A DNA stretch of 64,000 nucleotides from Pseudomonadota bacterium (lineage in GTDB: Bacteria > Pseudomonadota > Gammaproteobacteria > Steroidobacterales > Woeseiaceae): positions 42,607 through 106,606 of the forward strand of contig JBCCEH010000007.1 in NCBI GenBank assembly GCA_039030375.1, given 5' to 3'. Below the pieces are notes generated by a model. It worked only from the letters and a program-made list of their open reading frames with translations, searched no databases and was not told the origin of the DNA. Position 1 is the first letter of the stretch, and every line of letters begins with the position of its first letter. The translations under genes and the position numbers were made by a program. This document shows, piece by piece, positions 41,797 through 51,902 of this stretch.

Positions 41797-42780
41797 CTAG
41801 TAAGCGATGTAAACATCGGTAGTCAATTCATCAACCGACGGCGGCGGCGCAGCCTGAGCTTGCGCGACCGCGTCGTCGATCAGCGCCAACACTTCAGCGT
41901 CGACCGCATCCAGCTCTGCTTCGTCAAGCCACCCTTCATCCGTGACCCGTTGACGAAAATTTTTCAGACAGTCGCGGTCCTCGCGATGGCGTTCAACCTC
42001 ATCTTTAGCCCGGTAGCGCTGTGGGTCTCCTTCGAAATGACCGAAGAAGCGCGTCGTGGTGCACTCCAGCGCATAGGGGCCATTGCCAGCCCGCGCGTGG
42101 TCGAGTGCTTTTTGCATCGCTGCATGCACGGCAAAGAAATCATCGCCATCAACCCGCTCGGCCGGCATACCAAACCCAGCACAACGGCCGGCGATATCTT
42201 TGCTGCCAACCGCATAGTCAGCGCCGGTATGTTCGCTGTAGCCGTTGTCCTCAAACACGAAAATCGTCGGCAGCTGTAACACCACGGCGAGATTCATCGC
42301 TTCGAACACGGTGCCTTGGTTGCAGCTGCCATCGCCACCGAATGCAACGCTAACGTGACGCTCGCCAGCATTGCGGGCTGCAATTGCAGCACCTACCGCC
42401 AACGGTGGACCACCGCCGACGATAGCATTCGCGCCGAGCATGCCCTTGTCAAAGTCGGCGATATGCATCGAGCCACCCTTACCTTTGCACAGGCCGTCGG
42501 CACGCCCATAAATTTCTTTCATCATGGCGATCACGTCACAGCCTTTGGCGATGCAATGACCGTGACCACGGTGTGTGCTCACGATGTAATCCTGATCACT
42601 CAGGTGTTCACATACGCCCACGGCAACCGCTTCCTGGCCGGAATACAAATGGGTGAAGCCGGCGATCTGACCCTGTTGGATTTCAAGGTGCAGACGCTCC
42701 TCGAATTCGCGAATGGTTTTCATACGCCGATACGCGGCCAGCAAATTATCGTTGTTCCAGTCCGTCACTAAATGCCTCAA
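41797..42780 (-). CDS. 2-oxoacid dehydrogenase E1 alpha subunit (TPP-dependent)
   Basis: 327 aa. TPP motif region ..GDGSCNQGTVFEAMNLA.. Confidence 0.9.
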   Translation of the reverse strand: MRHLVTDWNNDNLLAAYRRMKTIREFEERLHLEIQQGQIAGFTHLYSGQEAVAVGVCEHLSDQDYIVSTHRGHGHCIAKGCDVIAMMKEIYGRADGLCKGKGGSMHIADFDKGMLGANAIVGGGPPLAVGAAIAARNAGERHVSVAFGGDGSCNQGTVFEAMNLAVVLQLPTIFVFEDNGYSEHTGADYAVGSKDIAGRCAGFGMPAERVDGDDFFAVHAAMQKALDHARAGNGPYALECTTTRFFGHFEGDPQRYRAKDEVERHREDRDCLKNFRQRVTDEGWLDEAELDAVDAEVLALIDDAVAQAQAAPPPSVDELTTDVYIAY

Positions 42781-44066
42781 TAGGCGCCATCGGGTTTGCC
42801 GTCAGCGCCGTAAATATAATCGTCGATAGTTTTGTGAAAATGTCGAATGCGTAATTCTTGATTGCCCAGCCATAGCCCGCGGTAGCCACGCGAATTCATA
42901 CCCTGCTGCACACCGGGGAGGTTCTCAGCGTCCTGGTCCAAGACCAGACCAATGCTTTTTTCGCCGTGTTTGAACTGGCGATGCTCGGGACGTTCCGGCC
43001 ACTCTTCACCATCGGCAATCAGTTCGAACGTCCAAATATCGAAGTACATTTTGTTCGGGTCGGTAGCATGCGGCCGCTGGCGAAACAGCCAGAAGTCGTC
43101 GGCATGAACGTTCAGCGTGTTGTTCGGAAAAATCATGTAGTGATAGTCGTCGGTGAGCTGCTCGTCGTTCAGTGCGGAGTAGTCACGCCCTTGCTCGTGT
43201 CCGTGGTCGCGTTTATACCGTTGCACGTCTTCGCGAATCTCACTAACGCGGCCGTCGTAGTCGGCCGGGTCCATTCCCGCCTGCTTCATCACCGCCTTAA
43301 TTCCCTCAGGAATGGCGGGCGGCACACGTACGCGCGGGCTCAGCGTGGCAAATTGGATTAGATAGCGATTGTGTTTATCGTAGCAATCGATCTGCAGATT
43401 GAGATCATCCAGATGCCATAACAGCTGCGGATGAATGCCCTGCACATGATAGGACTCATTGAACGCATCCACCGAGGTTTTCCAATTACAGTCCCACTCC
43501 ACCGTAATATCACGCGTCATTGCCATGCGCGGCAGGTTGTAGGGATCCAGATGCTCCGGCATGACGTTAAGAAACTCCGCCAACGGTTCGCAATCGGGAT
43601 TCAGGTTGTACCAAATGAAACCGCCCCAGCTGTCGCAAGGGATTTCCTCGAGTCCGCTGCAGGGCGCGCCTTGTGGAAACGTATCGAGATCGGGAATTCT
43701 TTCGAACGAACCATCAAGTTTGTATTCCCAATGGTGATAGGCACACTGAAATGTTTTTGCTGCACCGAGTCCGGAGGGGCGCAGCCGATTGCCACGATGT
43801 TGGCAGACGTTATAAAACGCACGCACCCCGCCATCGTCTTGTTTGACCAACAAAATTGACTCGGGACCGATTTCGGTACAGCAATAGTCGCCAGGCTCCT
43901 CGAGATCGCGTTCCAGACAGCCGACCAACCAAACTTTGGTCCACATGTGCTCCCATTCCAACCGCATGAACTCAGCATCGGTATATCGCTCTTTGGCAAT
44001 CAACTCATTGCCAAGCTCCGGGTCTGGCGCCTTTTCCAGCGGCGTACCGTGAGTATCTTTGCTCAT
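42777..44066 (-). CDS. Rieske [2Fe-2S] aromatic-ring-hydroxylating oxygenase, alpha subunit
   Basis: CQHRGNRL..CAYHHWEY Rieske motif. Start set at the ATG in ATGA overlap with the upstream gene's stop. Confidence 0.85.
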   Translation of the reverse strand: MSKDTHGTPLEKAPDPELGNELIAKERYTDAEFMRLEWEHMWTKVWLVGCLERDLEEPGDYCCTEIGPESILLVKQDDGGVRAFYNVCQHRGNRLRPSGLGAAKTFQCAYHHWEYKLDGSFERIPDLDTFPQGAPCSGLEEIPCDSWGGFIWYNLNPDCEPLAEFLNVMPEHLDPYNLPRMAMTRDITVEWDCNWKTSVDAFNESYHVQGIHPQLLWHLDDLNLQIDCYDKHNRYLIQFATLSPRVRVPPAIPEGIKAVMKQAGMDPADYDGRVSEIREDVQRYKRDHGHEQGRDYSALNDEQLTDDYHYMIFPNNTLNVHADDFWLFRQRPHATDPNKMYFDIWTFELIADGEEWPERPEHRQFKHGEKSIGLVLDQDAENLPGVQQGMNSRGYRGLWLGNQELRIRHFHKTIDDYIYGADGKPDGAY

Positions 44067-44818
44067 GCCGCTTGTCCTATCGGTTCGTCGACCATCCAAC
44101 GCATGCCGCGTCGCAGCAGCTCGTAAAAAGCGGGTTGTTTCCAGCTGCCACGCTCAACATCTGGGTACTCTTTCATCAAAGGCAACATGTCGTAGTGGCC
44201 ACGCGCGTGTCCGAGATTGAGGTACAACACATCGCCACCGCATGATTGCTTTAGGTACATGATCGGCACTTCGTCGTTATCGGACCAATCGCTTCTCTCA
44301 AAGCCCTCCGCGGTACCAGTGTAGTGCGTGGCAAGCAAGCACTCGTGTTCACCGTAAAAATCGCACAGGTAAATTTCGTCATCCGCCTCAAATGGCTCGA
44401 TACCGTCGACCAGCGGATGGGCCGCAGCAACGGATACCGTAAATGGTTGGATCGGCGGATGCGCGACGAATTGACTACCGAGCATCTCAACAAATCGAGG
44501 CGCATCGTTCGGCGCCGTCCAACCGGTGCCTTTGACGTACTTCAATCGCGAATTGGTGCCGTGCAATGCGAACCAGCGTTTGCCTTGTCCGAGAAATTCT
44601 TCCAATGCGGCCTGCGCCGCTTCGCTGGGCAACACTTCGCAGGTGTAAGTAATCAGCGCGTCACAGTCCTTGATGGCCTGATGATCGTCGTAGTCGGTTC
44701 GCACCGTAACTCGGAAGTGCTCACGTTCGGCCAGCAACTTCAGCAACTCCAGACGCACAAAATCGATGTCGTGATACAAACCACCACAGATCAGCAAAAT
44801 GTCACGACGCGCGGCCAC
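44063..44818 (-). CDS. ThuA-like (class-I glutamine-amidotransferase-fold) protein
   Basis: 251 aa. General resemblance to ThuA-domain proteins (..ILLICGGLYHD..FALHGTNS..). Assignment is tentative. Confidence 0.55.
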   Translation of the reverse strand: MAARRDILLICGGLYHDIDFVRLELLKLLAEREHFRVTVRTDYDDHQAIKDCDALITYTCEVLPSEAAQAALEEFLGQGKRWFALHGTNSRLKYVKGTGWTAPNDAPRFVEMLGSQFVAHPPIQPFTVSVAAAHPLVDGIEPFEADDEIYLCDFYGEHECLLATHYTGTAEGFERSDWSDNDEVPIMYLKQSCGGDVLYLNLGHARGHYDMLPLMKEYPDVERGSWKQPAFYELLRRGMRWMVDEPIGQAA

Positions 44819-44823
44819 CGAAC

Positions 44824-45576
44824 CTACGACTGAACGCGTTTGGTGTAACCGTTATCAGCAACCAAATTGGTACCGGTAACCAGACTTGCAGCCGGGCTCG
44901 CTAAGAACGCGACAACGTTGGCAACTTCCTCTGGCGTGCCCATTCGACCGGCGGGAATTTTACGCACCGTGCTTTCGTAAAATTTTGGCATCGTGCCTTT
45001 GATCATTTCCCAGGCGCCGCCCTCGAAGTAGATCGGACCCGGCGACACGGTATTGACCCGCACACCTTCGGCGCGAACGAACTGCGACAACTGGCTGGAG
45101 TAATTGACTAACGCCGCTTTCATCGCGTTATAGGCCATCGGCCCGCCAAAAAACTCGACCGCATTCGTGGAGCCGATAATGACAATCGCGCCGTCGTCGG
45201 ATTCTTTGAGTTTCGGCAGCAACGTTTCGCAGCCACGCACCGTGTGCAGCACATCGATTTCGAAGTTACGCCACCAATTTTTTTCCGAGTCCATGCCGCC
45301 ACCGCCGGATACGTTCGGCACGAAAATATCGACGCCGCCCATTTCCTCAGCCACTTTTTCCAGCCATGCCTGGTACTCATCCGCGTCGCGAACATTGACG
45401 GCGCCACCAATGGTTTTGCCGCCCAGCGCGGCGACGGTTTCGTCGACCGCCTCTTGGTCTCGCGCACATACCGCAACGCGGGCACCTTCTTCATTGAGTC
45501 GTTCCGCGATCGCGCGCCCGATTCCACGACTTGCGCCGGTCACGATCGCCCGTTTCCCCCCTAGTCCCAGGTCCAT
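44824..45576 (-). CDS. SDR-family oxidoreductase
   Basis: 250 aa. VTGASRGIG and YNAMK motifs. Confidence 0.85.
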   Translation of the reverse strand: MDLGLGGKRAIVTGASRGIGRAIAERLNEEGARVAVCARDQEAVDETVAALGGKTIGGAVNVRDADEYQAWLEKVAEEMGGVDIFVPNVSGGGGMDSEKNWWRNFEIDVLHTVRGCETLLPKLKESDDGAIVIIGSTNAVEFFGGPMAYNAMKAALVNYSSQLSQFVRAEGVRVNTVSPGPIYFEGGAWEMIKGTMPKFYESTVRKIPAGRMGTPEEVANVVAFLASPAASLVTGTNLVADNGYTKRVQS

Positions 45577-45630
45577 GTATTTGCTCCAAATAGGTCAGAG
45601 CGCCAGTATACGTGCCGCCCTGTGGAAAAT

Positions 45631-45648
45631 AAACAGTCATGACTGTTT
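45631..45648. promoter_or_regulatory. perfect 18-bp palindrome AAACAGTCATGACTGTTT in a divergent promoter region (operator candidate)
   Basis: Flanked by an A-tract and a T-tract. Related copies at 55782, 57030 and 59133, with weaker ones at 37697, 46821 and 48988. Confidence 0.55.
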
Positions 45649-45695
45649 GTTTTTGATGATATAGTCGCGACTGTCCATAAGGCAGTGATGTTTGA

Positions 45696-46007
45696 ATGAA
45701 AATCAATGTAACGGATCGGGACGGCAACGCCCACCAGGTCGATGGCGAAGAAGGCCTAAAGCTGATGGAGGTCCTGTGCGAACTCGAATATGGCGTCGAA
45801 GCCATTTGCGGCGGCATGTGCTCCTGCGCCACCTGCCATGTTTACGTCGATCCTGCATGGCGCGACAAACTCCAGGCGCTCGACTATGAGGAAGAGGACC
45901 TGCTCGACGCGCTCGATGGCCGCGAAGATAATTCGCGGCTGAGCTGTCAGATCGAACTAACGCCGGACTTGGATGGTATTGCGGTCACCATCGCGCCAGA
46001 CGAATAA
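45696..46007 (+). CDS. [2Fe-2S] ferredoxin (adrenodoxin/putidaredoxin type)
   Basis: 103 aa. Cys ligands in ..CGGMCSCATCHV.. and ..LSCQI.. Confidence 0.9.
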   Translation: MKINVTDRDGNAHQVDGEEGLKLMEVLCELEYGVEAICGGMCSCATCHVYVDPAWRDKLQALDYEEEDLLDALDGREDNSRLSCQIELTPDLDGIAVTIAPDE

Positions 46008-46009
46008 CG

Positions 46010-46774
46010 CTACTGAACGGAAAGCGCGTTATCTAGGACGATCTCGGCACCATTCATGTAACGCGACTCATCACTCGCCAGATACACCACCAGGTTCGCC
46101 ACATCTTCAGGTCGACCGACGCCGACAGGATCTTCGGTGCTATCCGGATCCGGCGGTGGCATGCCCAACGCTTTGTTGACGCCCTGCACCATCGGTGTAT
46201 CGATGGCTCCGGGGTGTAGTGAATTGACGCGAATATTGTCGCCATTCATCTGGCAGGTGACCGCCAAGGACTTGGTCAACGCTCGAACCGCACCTTTGGC
46301 TGCGGTATAGGCAAAAAAGATCGGGTATCCCAAGTGCGACGCGACCGAAGACATATTGATAATCGAGCCGCCGCCGCGCTTACGCATCGCCGGAATCGCC
46401 GTACGGCAACCCAAGAACACACCCTCATTCATCACCGCGTTAGCCAGCCGGTACTGTTCTAGAGTGGTCTCTTCTGGGGTCGCAATAACAACGATGCCGG
46501 CATTATTCACCAACACATCGACGCCGCCGTACTCGGCTTCGACTTCGTCAATGACTTCTTGCCAGCGTGCTTCGTCGGTTACATCCTGCTGTTTGAACGC
46601 AACCGTGCCGCCAGTCTCCGCGGCAATTTCGTCGGCGACGGCCTGCCCAGCATCACTGACATCGGTAATGACTACAGTAGCGCCTTCGCGTGCTAACGCC
46701 TGCGCATCTGCTTTGCCGAGACCGGACGCGCCGCCTGTAATAATCACTACTTTGCCGTCTACTCTGCCCGCCAT
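46010..46774 (-). CDS. SDR-family oxidoreductase
   Basis: 254 aa. ITGGASGLG and YTAAK motifs. Confidence 0.9.
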   Translation of the reverse strand: MAGRVDGKVVIITGGASGLGKADAQALAREGATVVITDVSDAGQAVADEIAAETGGTVAFKQQDVTDEARWQEVIDEVEAEYGGVDVLVNNAGIVVIATPEETTLEQYRLANAVMNEGVFLGCRTAIPAMRKRGGGSIINMSSVASHLGYPIFFAYTAAKGAVRALTKSLAVTCQMNGDNIRVNSLHPGAIDTPMVQGVNKALGMPPPDPDSTEDPVGVGRPEDVANLVVYLASDESRYMNGAEIVLDNALSVQ

Positions 46775-46833
46775 CGTTGTCTCCGCAAGGCTTAAAAAGG
46801 GACAAAGATGCTAACAATCACTCCTGACTGTTT

Positions 46834-46849
46834 CAATCACGCGTGATTG
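46834..46849. promoter_or_regulatory. perfect 16-bp palindrome CAATCACGCGTGATTG upstream of the TetR gene (candidate autoregulatory operator)
   Basis: Lies in the 143-bp divergent SDR/TetR intergenic region, next to a GACTGTTT half-site. Confidence 0.45.
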
Positions 46850-46917
46850 TTTTTTGTCGGCAATCGGTTACCCTATAAAAAGCGTCAACAAAAATAGCCG
46901 CGGCTTCGGAGCAATTA

Positions 46918-47556
46918 GTGGCAAGAAAGACAGCAGCACCTAGCGGACCCGGCGATCAAGGCTGGCAGGCGCAAAAGAGCGCCGCAACACGCGATCAGAT
47001 ACTCAGCGCCGCCGTTCGCTGCATCGTCGACCTCGGTTACTCGCGTACCACGACGATGAAAATTGCCGAGCGTGCCGGCCTGTCGCGTGGCGCAACCTTG
47101 CACCACTTTCCGTCAAAACTGGATGTGATTCGAGCGGCCGTCGACTATTTGCATGAGCGGCGACTAAAGGGCTTCCAAGCTGCAGTGGAGTCGATTCCGG
47201 AGGGCGCCGATCGAATTAAGACGGCGACCGATGCCTACTGGGCACACGCAACGCACCCGATCTTTGTCGCATTTTTTGAATTGTCGGTGGCGGCACGCAC
47301 CGATGACGAGCTAAGGAAGATTCTGGTACCGGCGCAGAAATCGTTCGACCAGGCGTGGTACGAAATGGCGGAGAAGCTGTTTCCGGAATGGCAATCGGAT
47401 AAGGATGCGTTTGATCTCGCACTGAGCTTGGTTCAACACCTGATGGAAGGCATCGCGATCAGCTCGATGACGCATCCTCGCTCCGAAAACCACGATCGGC
47501 TGCATCAATACCTGGAAGACAAGCTGCGGGAACTCGCCCCTCAGTCGCTCAAATAA
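46918..47556 (+). CDS. TetR-family transcriptional regulator
   Basis: 212 aa. HTH ..YSRTTTMKIAERAGLSRGATLHHF.. Confidence 0.85.
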   Translation: MARKTAAPSGPGDQGWQAQKSAATRDQILSAAVRCIVDLGYSRTTTMKIAERAGLSRGATLHHFPSKLDVIRAAVDYLHERRLKGFQAAVESIPEGADRIKTATDAYWAHATHPIFVAFFELSVAARTDDELRKILVPAQKSFDQAWYEMAEKLFPEWQSDKDAFDLALSLVQHLMEGIAISSMTHPRSENHDRLHQYLEDKLRELAPQSLK

Positions 47557-47562
47557 GTCCGA

Positions 47563-48930
47563 CTATTTGTGACCACTAAGATAGGCGTCCACTTCTGCAT
47601 GGAAGTGACGCAGGCGTAACTCCTGCTCTGACCACAGCGGTCCCTGAAACGCTCGTGACCGAATACCCTTCTGCACCACCGGCAACAATTCGGAATCCTG
47701 ATCCAATACCAGGCCAAGATTCGGTTCGGCGCCGAGCGGCATATATTCGCGTTCCGCACGTACTTCACCGCTCACGTCAGTGCCTTCCGGCAAACCCATC
47801 CAGTCTGGCACTTTGAAAGTGTCATCGTCGATCGGTCGGTATAGCGTAATCGTGTCGTAATAGAAGCGCTCCGGATCGGTCGGGTGAGGCATGAAGCGCA
47901 TCAGGAATGCACCTTCCGGATGCAAACCGATTTGCACGTTCGGGAAGATACCGGTCGCCCAGCTATCGGTCAGCTGACCATCGACGAGACCTTCGTAACC
48001 GAGATTGAGGCGCTCGGCTCGTCTGCGTTTGAATGCCTGAATCGCCTTGCGCACCTGTTTCGCGTCACCGTCAAACTCTTCCGGCTGCATACCTGAATCG
48101 CTGAGCATGTACTGCAAACCTGGGTCGACCGTGTCCTGGTCATCCTCGCGCGGGCTCTTCTTCGCCAGTGGCACGATCATGCGGCTGAAACCGTGCGGAT
48201 AAATATCCACCTGCGTGCCGTAGTCATCCATAACCGTCGACGTTTGCGGATGCACCGCGTGCAGGTGATATACCTCGTAGAACGCGTCGACGCCGGTTTT
48301 CCAGTTCGCCGCCCACTCCGAAATGGTGTGACGCACTGCGACCATCTTGTCGAGCTGGTAACCCTCGAGATAACCATCCGGCAGTCCGAAGCGTTCCGCC
48401 AGCGGCGGCGCATCGTCATCCAAGTTGACGAAGATCAGTCCCGCCTTCTCTTCAACTCTGACCGACTTTAATTTCGGCCGCCCGGCTATAACGCCCGGCC
48501 GGAACGTTTCTTCATCGGTGATCGAGGTGCACTGACCGTCAAGATCAAACTTCCAAGAATGAAAGCTACACGTGAATTGATTGACGAAGCCTTCATCATT
48601 GAGGATCAGCTGGTTACCACGATGCGGGCATACGTTATAAAAAGCGCGCAATTCATCATCATCGTTTAACGTCACGATGATGGACTCGCGACCGATGTCG
48701 AAACGGAAGTAATCGCCCGGCTCACGAAGATCCGAGCGCGGCCCGGCAATCAGCCAGGCGCGTGTCCAAAGATGGTCCCATTCCTTCTGCATGAACGCTT
48801 GTGTGTAGTAGCGTTCGGCGTCGACGCGACCGGTGCCGAGGTCGGTATCGTTATACGCGCTACGATGCTCGAGGGAATCTTCGGGTGAATCCGGGTTCAC
48901 AGGCAACGTGTATTCGAACTTCGCGGCCAT
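47563..48930 (-). CDS. Rieske [2Fe-2S] oxygenase alpha subunit
   Basis: 455 aa. CPHRGNQL..CSFHSWKF. Confidence 0.85.
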   Translation of the reverse strand: MAAKFEYTLPVNPDSPEDSLEHRSAYNDTDLGTGRVDAERYYTQAFMQKEWDHLWTRAWLIAGPRSDLREPGDYFRFDIGRESIIVTLNDDDELRAFYNVCPHRGNQLILNDEGFVNQFTCSFHSWKFDLDGQCTSITDEETFRPGVIAGRPKLKSVRVEEKAGLIFVNLDDDAPPLAERFGLPDGYLEGYQLDKMVAVRHTISEWAANWKTGVDAFYEVYHLHAVHPQTSTVMDDYGTQVDIYPHGFSRMIVPLAKKSPREDDQDTVDPGLQYMLSDSGMQPEEFDGDAKQVRKAIQAFKRRRAERLNLGYEGLVDGQLTDSWATGIFPNVQIGLHPEGAFLMRFMPHPTDPERFYYDTITLYRPIDDDTFKVPDWMGLPEGTDVSGEVRAEREYMPLGAEPNLGLVLDQDSELLPVVQKGIRSRAFQGPLWSEQELRLRHFHAEVDAYLSGHK

Positions 48931-49062
48931 GATCTTTCCTCTGCAGCTACAGCATTACCCGATCGATAATAGCGTCTCGCCGGACCAAAAAAAACAGGAC
49001 AGCTTGCTTTTTTCTAGACCTACCGCTGTAATGCCAAAGGAGTCAGCAAGACGAGACGTGCT

Positions 49063-49980
49063 ATGCAGGAACTGGTTCTTCACCACCATGATCCCTCCCC
49101 GTTTGCCGAGAAAATTCGGCTGGTTTTTGGGCTGAAGGGCCTCGCGTGGTCGTCGGTTCAGGTGCCCATGATCATGCCGAAACCGGATCTGACGTCGTTA
49201 ACCGGTGGCTATCGCAAAGCGCCGGTGTTACAGATCGGCGCAGACATCTATTGCGACACCTCGCTCATCGCGCGCGAACTCGAATCGCGTTTCCCGAAAC
49301 CGACATTGTTCCCCGCCGGCCATCATGGCCTTTCATACGCGCTTGCCCGTTGGAGTGACAAGGCTTTCTTCGAACCCGGGGCCGGCCTGTCGATGGGCGA
49401 GAACAAAGAAATCCCGCAGCCCGTGCTCGAGGATCGCAGCAATTTTTTCGAATTTATGGACTTCGATCGCATGGCCGAAGAGATGCCAAATTGCTACGCG
49501 CAGTTTCAAGCGCAGTGCCAATTGCTCGAGGATGAACTGGCCGCGCAACGGCAGGATTTTCTTGGTGGAGACGCAGCGTCATGGATTGACATCCAGGCCT
49601 ACTTCTCAGTCTGGATGGCCCACGGCAATATCCCGCGCGCGGCCGAACTGATGGCGCCGTTTACGGCAATTGAGGCATGGCGTCAGCGCATGGAAACCAT
49701 CGGCCGTGGCCAACGTAGCGACATCGACGCAACCGACGCACTGGCCATGGCGCGAGATGCCTCCCCTATCGGCGGCGGCTCGGTGGTGGACAACGCATTC
49801 AGCGGTTTCAACGACGGTGACGACGTGGTCGTCCTGCCCGACGATTATGGCTTCGACCCGGTCAAAGGCACGCTGACATCACTCGATAATCATCGCATTA
49901 CAATTCTGCGACGTACCGCAGACCTGGGTGACGTAGCAGTACACTTTCCCCGCATCGGCTACCGAATCAATCACGCATGA
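49063..49980 (+). CDS. glutathione S-transferase-family protein
   Basis: 305 aa. N-terminal thioredoxin-like GST fold (..SPFAEKIRLVFGLKGL..KAPVLQIG..). Confidence 0.7.
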   Translation: MQELVLHHHDPSPFAEKIRLVFGLKGLAWSSVQVPMIMPKPDLTSLTGGYRKAPVLQIGADIYCDTSLIARELESRFPKPTLFPAGHHGLSYALARWSDKAFFEPGAGLSMGENKEIPQPVLEDRSNFFEFMDFDRMAEEMPNCYAQFQAQCQLLEDELAAQRQDFLGGDAASWIDIQAYFSVWMAHGNIPRAAELMAPFTAIEAWRQRMETIGRGQRSDIDATDALAMARDASPIGGGSVVDNAFSGFNDGDDVVVLPDDYGFDPVKGTLTSLDNHRITILRRTADLGDVAVHFPRIGYRINHA

Positions 49981-50441
49981 TTGAGCCGCATCGCTACTAC
50001 GAGGATCTCGCGATCGGTGAATCACACGTATCTTCGTCGCGGCAAGTGAGCGAGGCGGAGATTATCGAATTCGCCAGCCGCTACGATCCGCAATACTTTC
50101 ATGCCGATCCGGACACGGCTGGGGCACACCCGGTATTTGGTGGCGTGGTTGCTTCGGGTATTCACATCCTGGCGATCTGGCGACAGTTAGACCACCTAAT
50201 CACCGGTGACGTGCATTGGATCTGTGGCATCGATTGGCAGAATCTTCGCTGGAATCGACCCATGCGAGCCGGCGATGAAGTACGTGCGAGCGCGGAACTG
50301 CTCAGCAAACGACCGTCTGCAAGCCGACCCTATGCCGGCATTGTTCAGTACCGCTACGCGCTACTGAACCAGAACGATGAAGAACTCTTCTACTGTGTCA
50401 GCAACAACCTGGTGGAGCGACGACCCGATAGCAACGCGTAG
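49977..50441 (+). CDS. MaoC-like hot-dog-fold dehydratase
   Basis: 154 aa. ..YDPQYFHADPD.. motif. 4-nt overlap with the GST gene. Confidence 0.75.
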   Translation: MIEPHRYYEDLAIGESHVSSSRQVSEAEIIEFASRYDPQYFHADPDTAGAHPVFGGVVASGIHILAIWRQLDHLITGDVHWICGIDWQNLRWNRPMRAGDEVRASAELLSKRPSASRPYAGIVQYRYALLNQNDEELFYCVSNNLVERRPDSNA

Positions 50442-50444
50442 TCG

Positions 50445-51002
50445 TCAGGCAGCAAACGGACAGTAATCTTCTCGCTCAACCAGCTGCATAACGAATGACA
50501 GCTTTGCCATGCCGCTGATCACCGCCATCACCGTGCCCAACTCGCAGATTTCTGCGTCGTCAAAATGCGCCGACAACGACGCATACAGGTCATCGTCCAT
50601 CTTGCCGTCATGGTTGGTAAGTGCGACCTGCTCGGCGAAAGCGAGGACGGCTCGCTCGGCATCGCTGAAGAGTTCTTCGCTGGGGGCTTCTAGTGCCGCC
50701 ACCTGCGCATCGGTGAAGCCCGCCGCTTTGGCGCCAGGCACGTTTTGTTTGTTGCAGGTGCGGCAACCGTGAATCTGGCTTAGGCGTAATCGTGCCAGCT
50801 GCTTGTAGCGTTCATCGACGCGTCCGCCGAAGAAGATGTTGCCGTAGAACCGACGCATAACGAAGTCGAGAAGCTCCGGCGCCTGCGCAAACACCTCAAC
50901 AAAAGTGGCGTCGCCGGTCAGATCGTTTAGCGTCGACCAGACCTGTTTCAACTCATCCGGCATCGCGTCCGGTGACATTCGTTGCATTGGAGTCGCGGTC
51001 AT
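50445..51002 (-). CDS. carboxymuconolactone decarboxylase (AhpD-like) family protein
   Basis: 185 aa. CxxC-type ..IHGCRTCNK.. Confidence 0.7.
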   Translation of the reverse strand: MTATPMQRMSPDAMPDELKQVWSTLNDLTGDATFVEVFAQAPELLDFVMRRFYGNIFFGGRVDERYKQLARLRLSQIHGCRTCNKQNVPGAKAAGFTDAQVAALEAPSEELFSDAERAVLAFAEQVALTNHDGKMDDDLYASLSAHFDDAEICELGTVMAVISGMAKLSFVMQLVEREDYCPFAA

Positions 51003-51017
51003 CGTGATGCCCTCGGT

Positions 51018-51899
51018 TTAGGTTTTGAAGTAGTCGGGTTTACCGGCTGGCCAAACATCGCCCCACTGCTGATTGCCGCCGTCTACCGTCAACACTTCGC
51101 CAGTGATGTACTTGCCGGATGCCGCGCTGAGGTAAACCACCGCCTCAGCGATATCGTAAGCGTCGCCGACACTGCGCATCGGGCTTGCATCTTTAAACAT
51201 CTCCGCATACTCCGGGTCGTAGACATTAAAACCTTCGGTCTCGATGGTGCCCGGGGAAACGCAGTTCACCCGAATGTTGAGTGGCGCCCACTCCGTGGAT
51301 ACGGTTTTGGACAGATAGATAACACCCGCACGCGCGGCACAGGTATGTGCTACTTGCGGCATGCCGCGCGAAATATTCGCAACGATGTTCACAATACTGC
51401 CGGCGTGACTTTCCGCCTGCCAGCGACGCGCCGCGCGTTGCATCATGTACCAAGTACCATTGAGGTTGGTATCGATCACAGCGCGCCAACCTTTGTCGGA
51501 AAAATCAATCGCCGACTGCGGAAACTGACCGCCGCCATTGTTGACCAGAATGTCGAGCTGCCCGAATTGCGCCCAAGTTTTGTCGATTAACTGTTCAACG
51601 TCATCCGGCTCTCGAATCGTCATCGCCTGATAGCCCACCTCAGCGCCGAGCAAGCGCTGTATCGACTCGGCTGCATCCGCGAGTTTGTGCTCCCGCCGAC
51701 CACAGATCATCACCTTGGCGCCGAGACGACTCATCAAGAACGCCATTGCCCGCCCCATTCCGGACCCACCGCCGGAGATCAGGGCAACCTTGCCGTCTAA
51801 CAAGCCGTCGCGATACACCGTCGGCGCGGTCGCCAGGGCTTCGTCACTCATTCCATAGCGACGTTCGCGGTTAATGGTTTCTGAATTGGCAGCAGCCAT
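51018..51899 (-). CDS. SDR-family oxidoreductase
   Basis: 293 aa. ISGGGSGMG Rossmann motif. Confidence 0.85.
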   Translation of the reverse strand: MAAANSETINRERRYGMSDEALATAPTVYRDGLLDGKVALISGGGSGMGRAMAFLMSRLGAKVMICGRREHKLADAAESIQRLLGAEVGYQAMTIREPDDVEQLIDKTWAQFGQLDILVNNGGGQFPQSAIDFSDKGWRAVIDTNLNGTWYMMQRAARRWQAESHAGSIVNIVANISRGMPQVAHTCAARAGVIYLSKTVSTEWAPLNIRVNCVSPGTIETEGFNVYDPEYAEMFKDASPMRSVGDAYDIAEAVVYLSAASGKYITGEVLTVDGGNQQWGDVWPAGKPDYFKT

Positions 51900-51902
51900 G
51901 TC

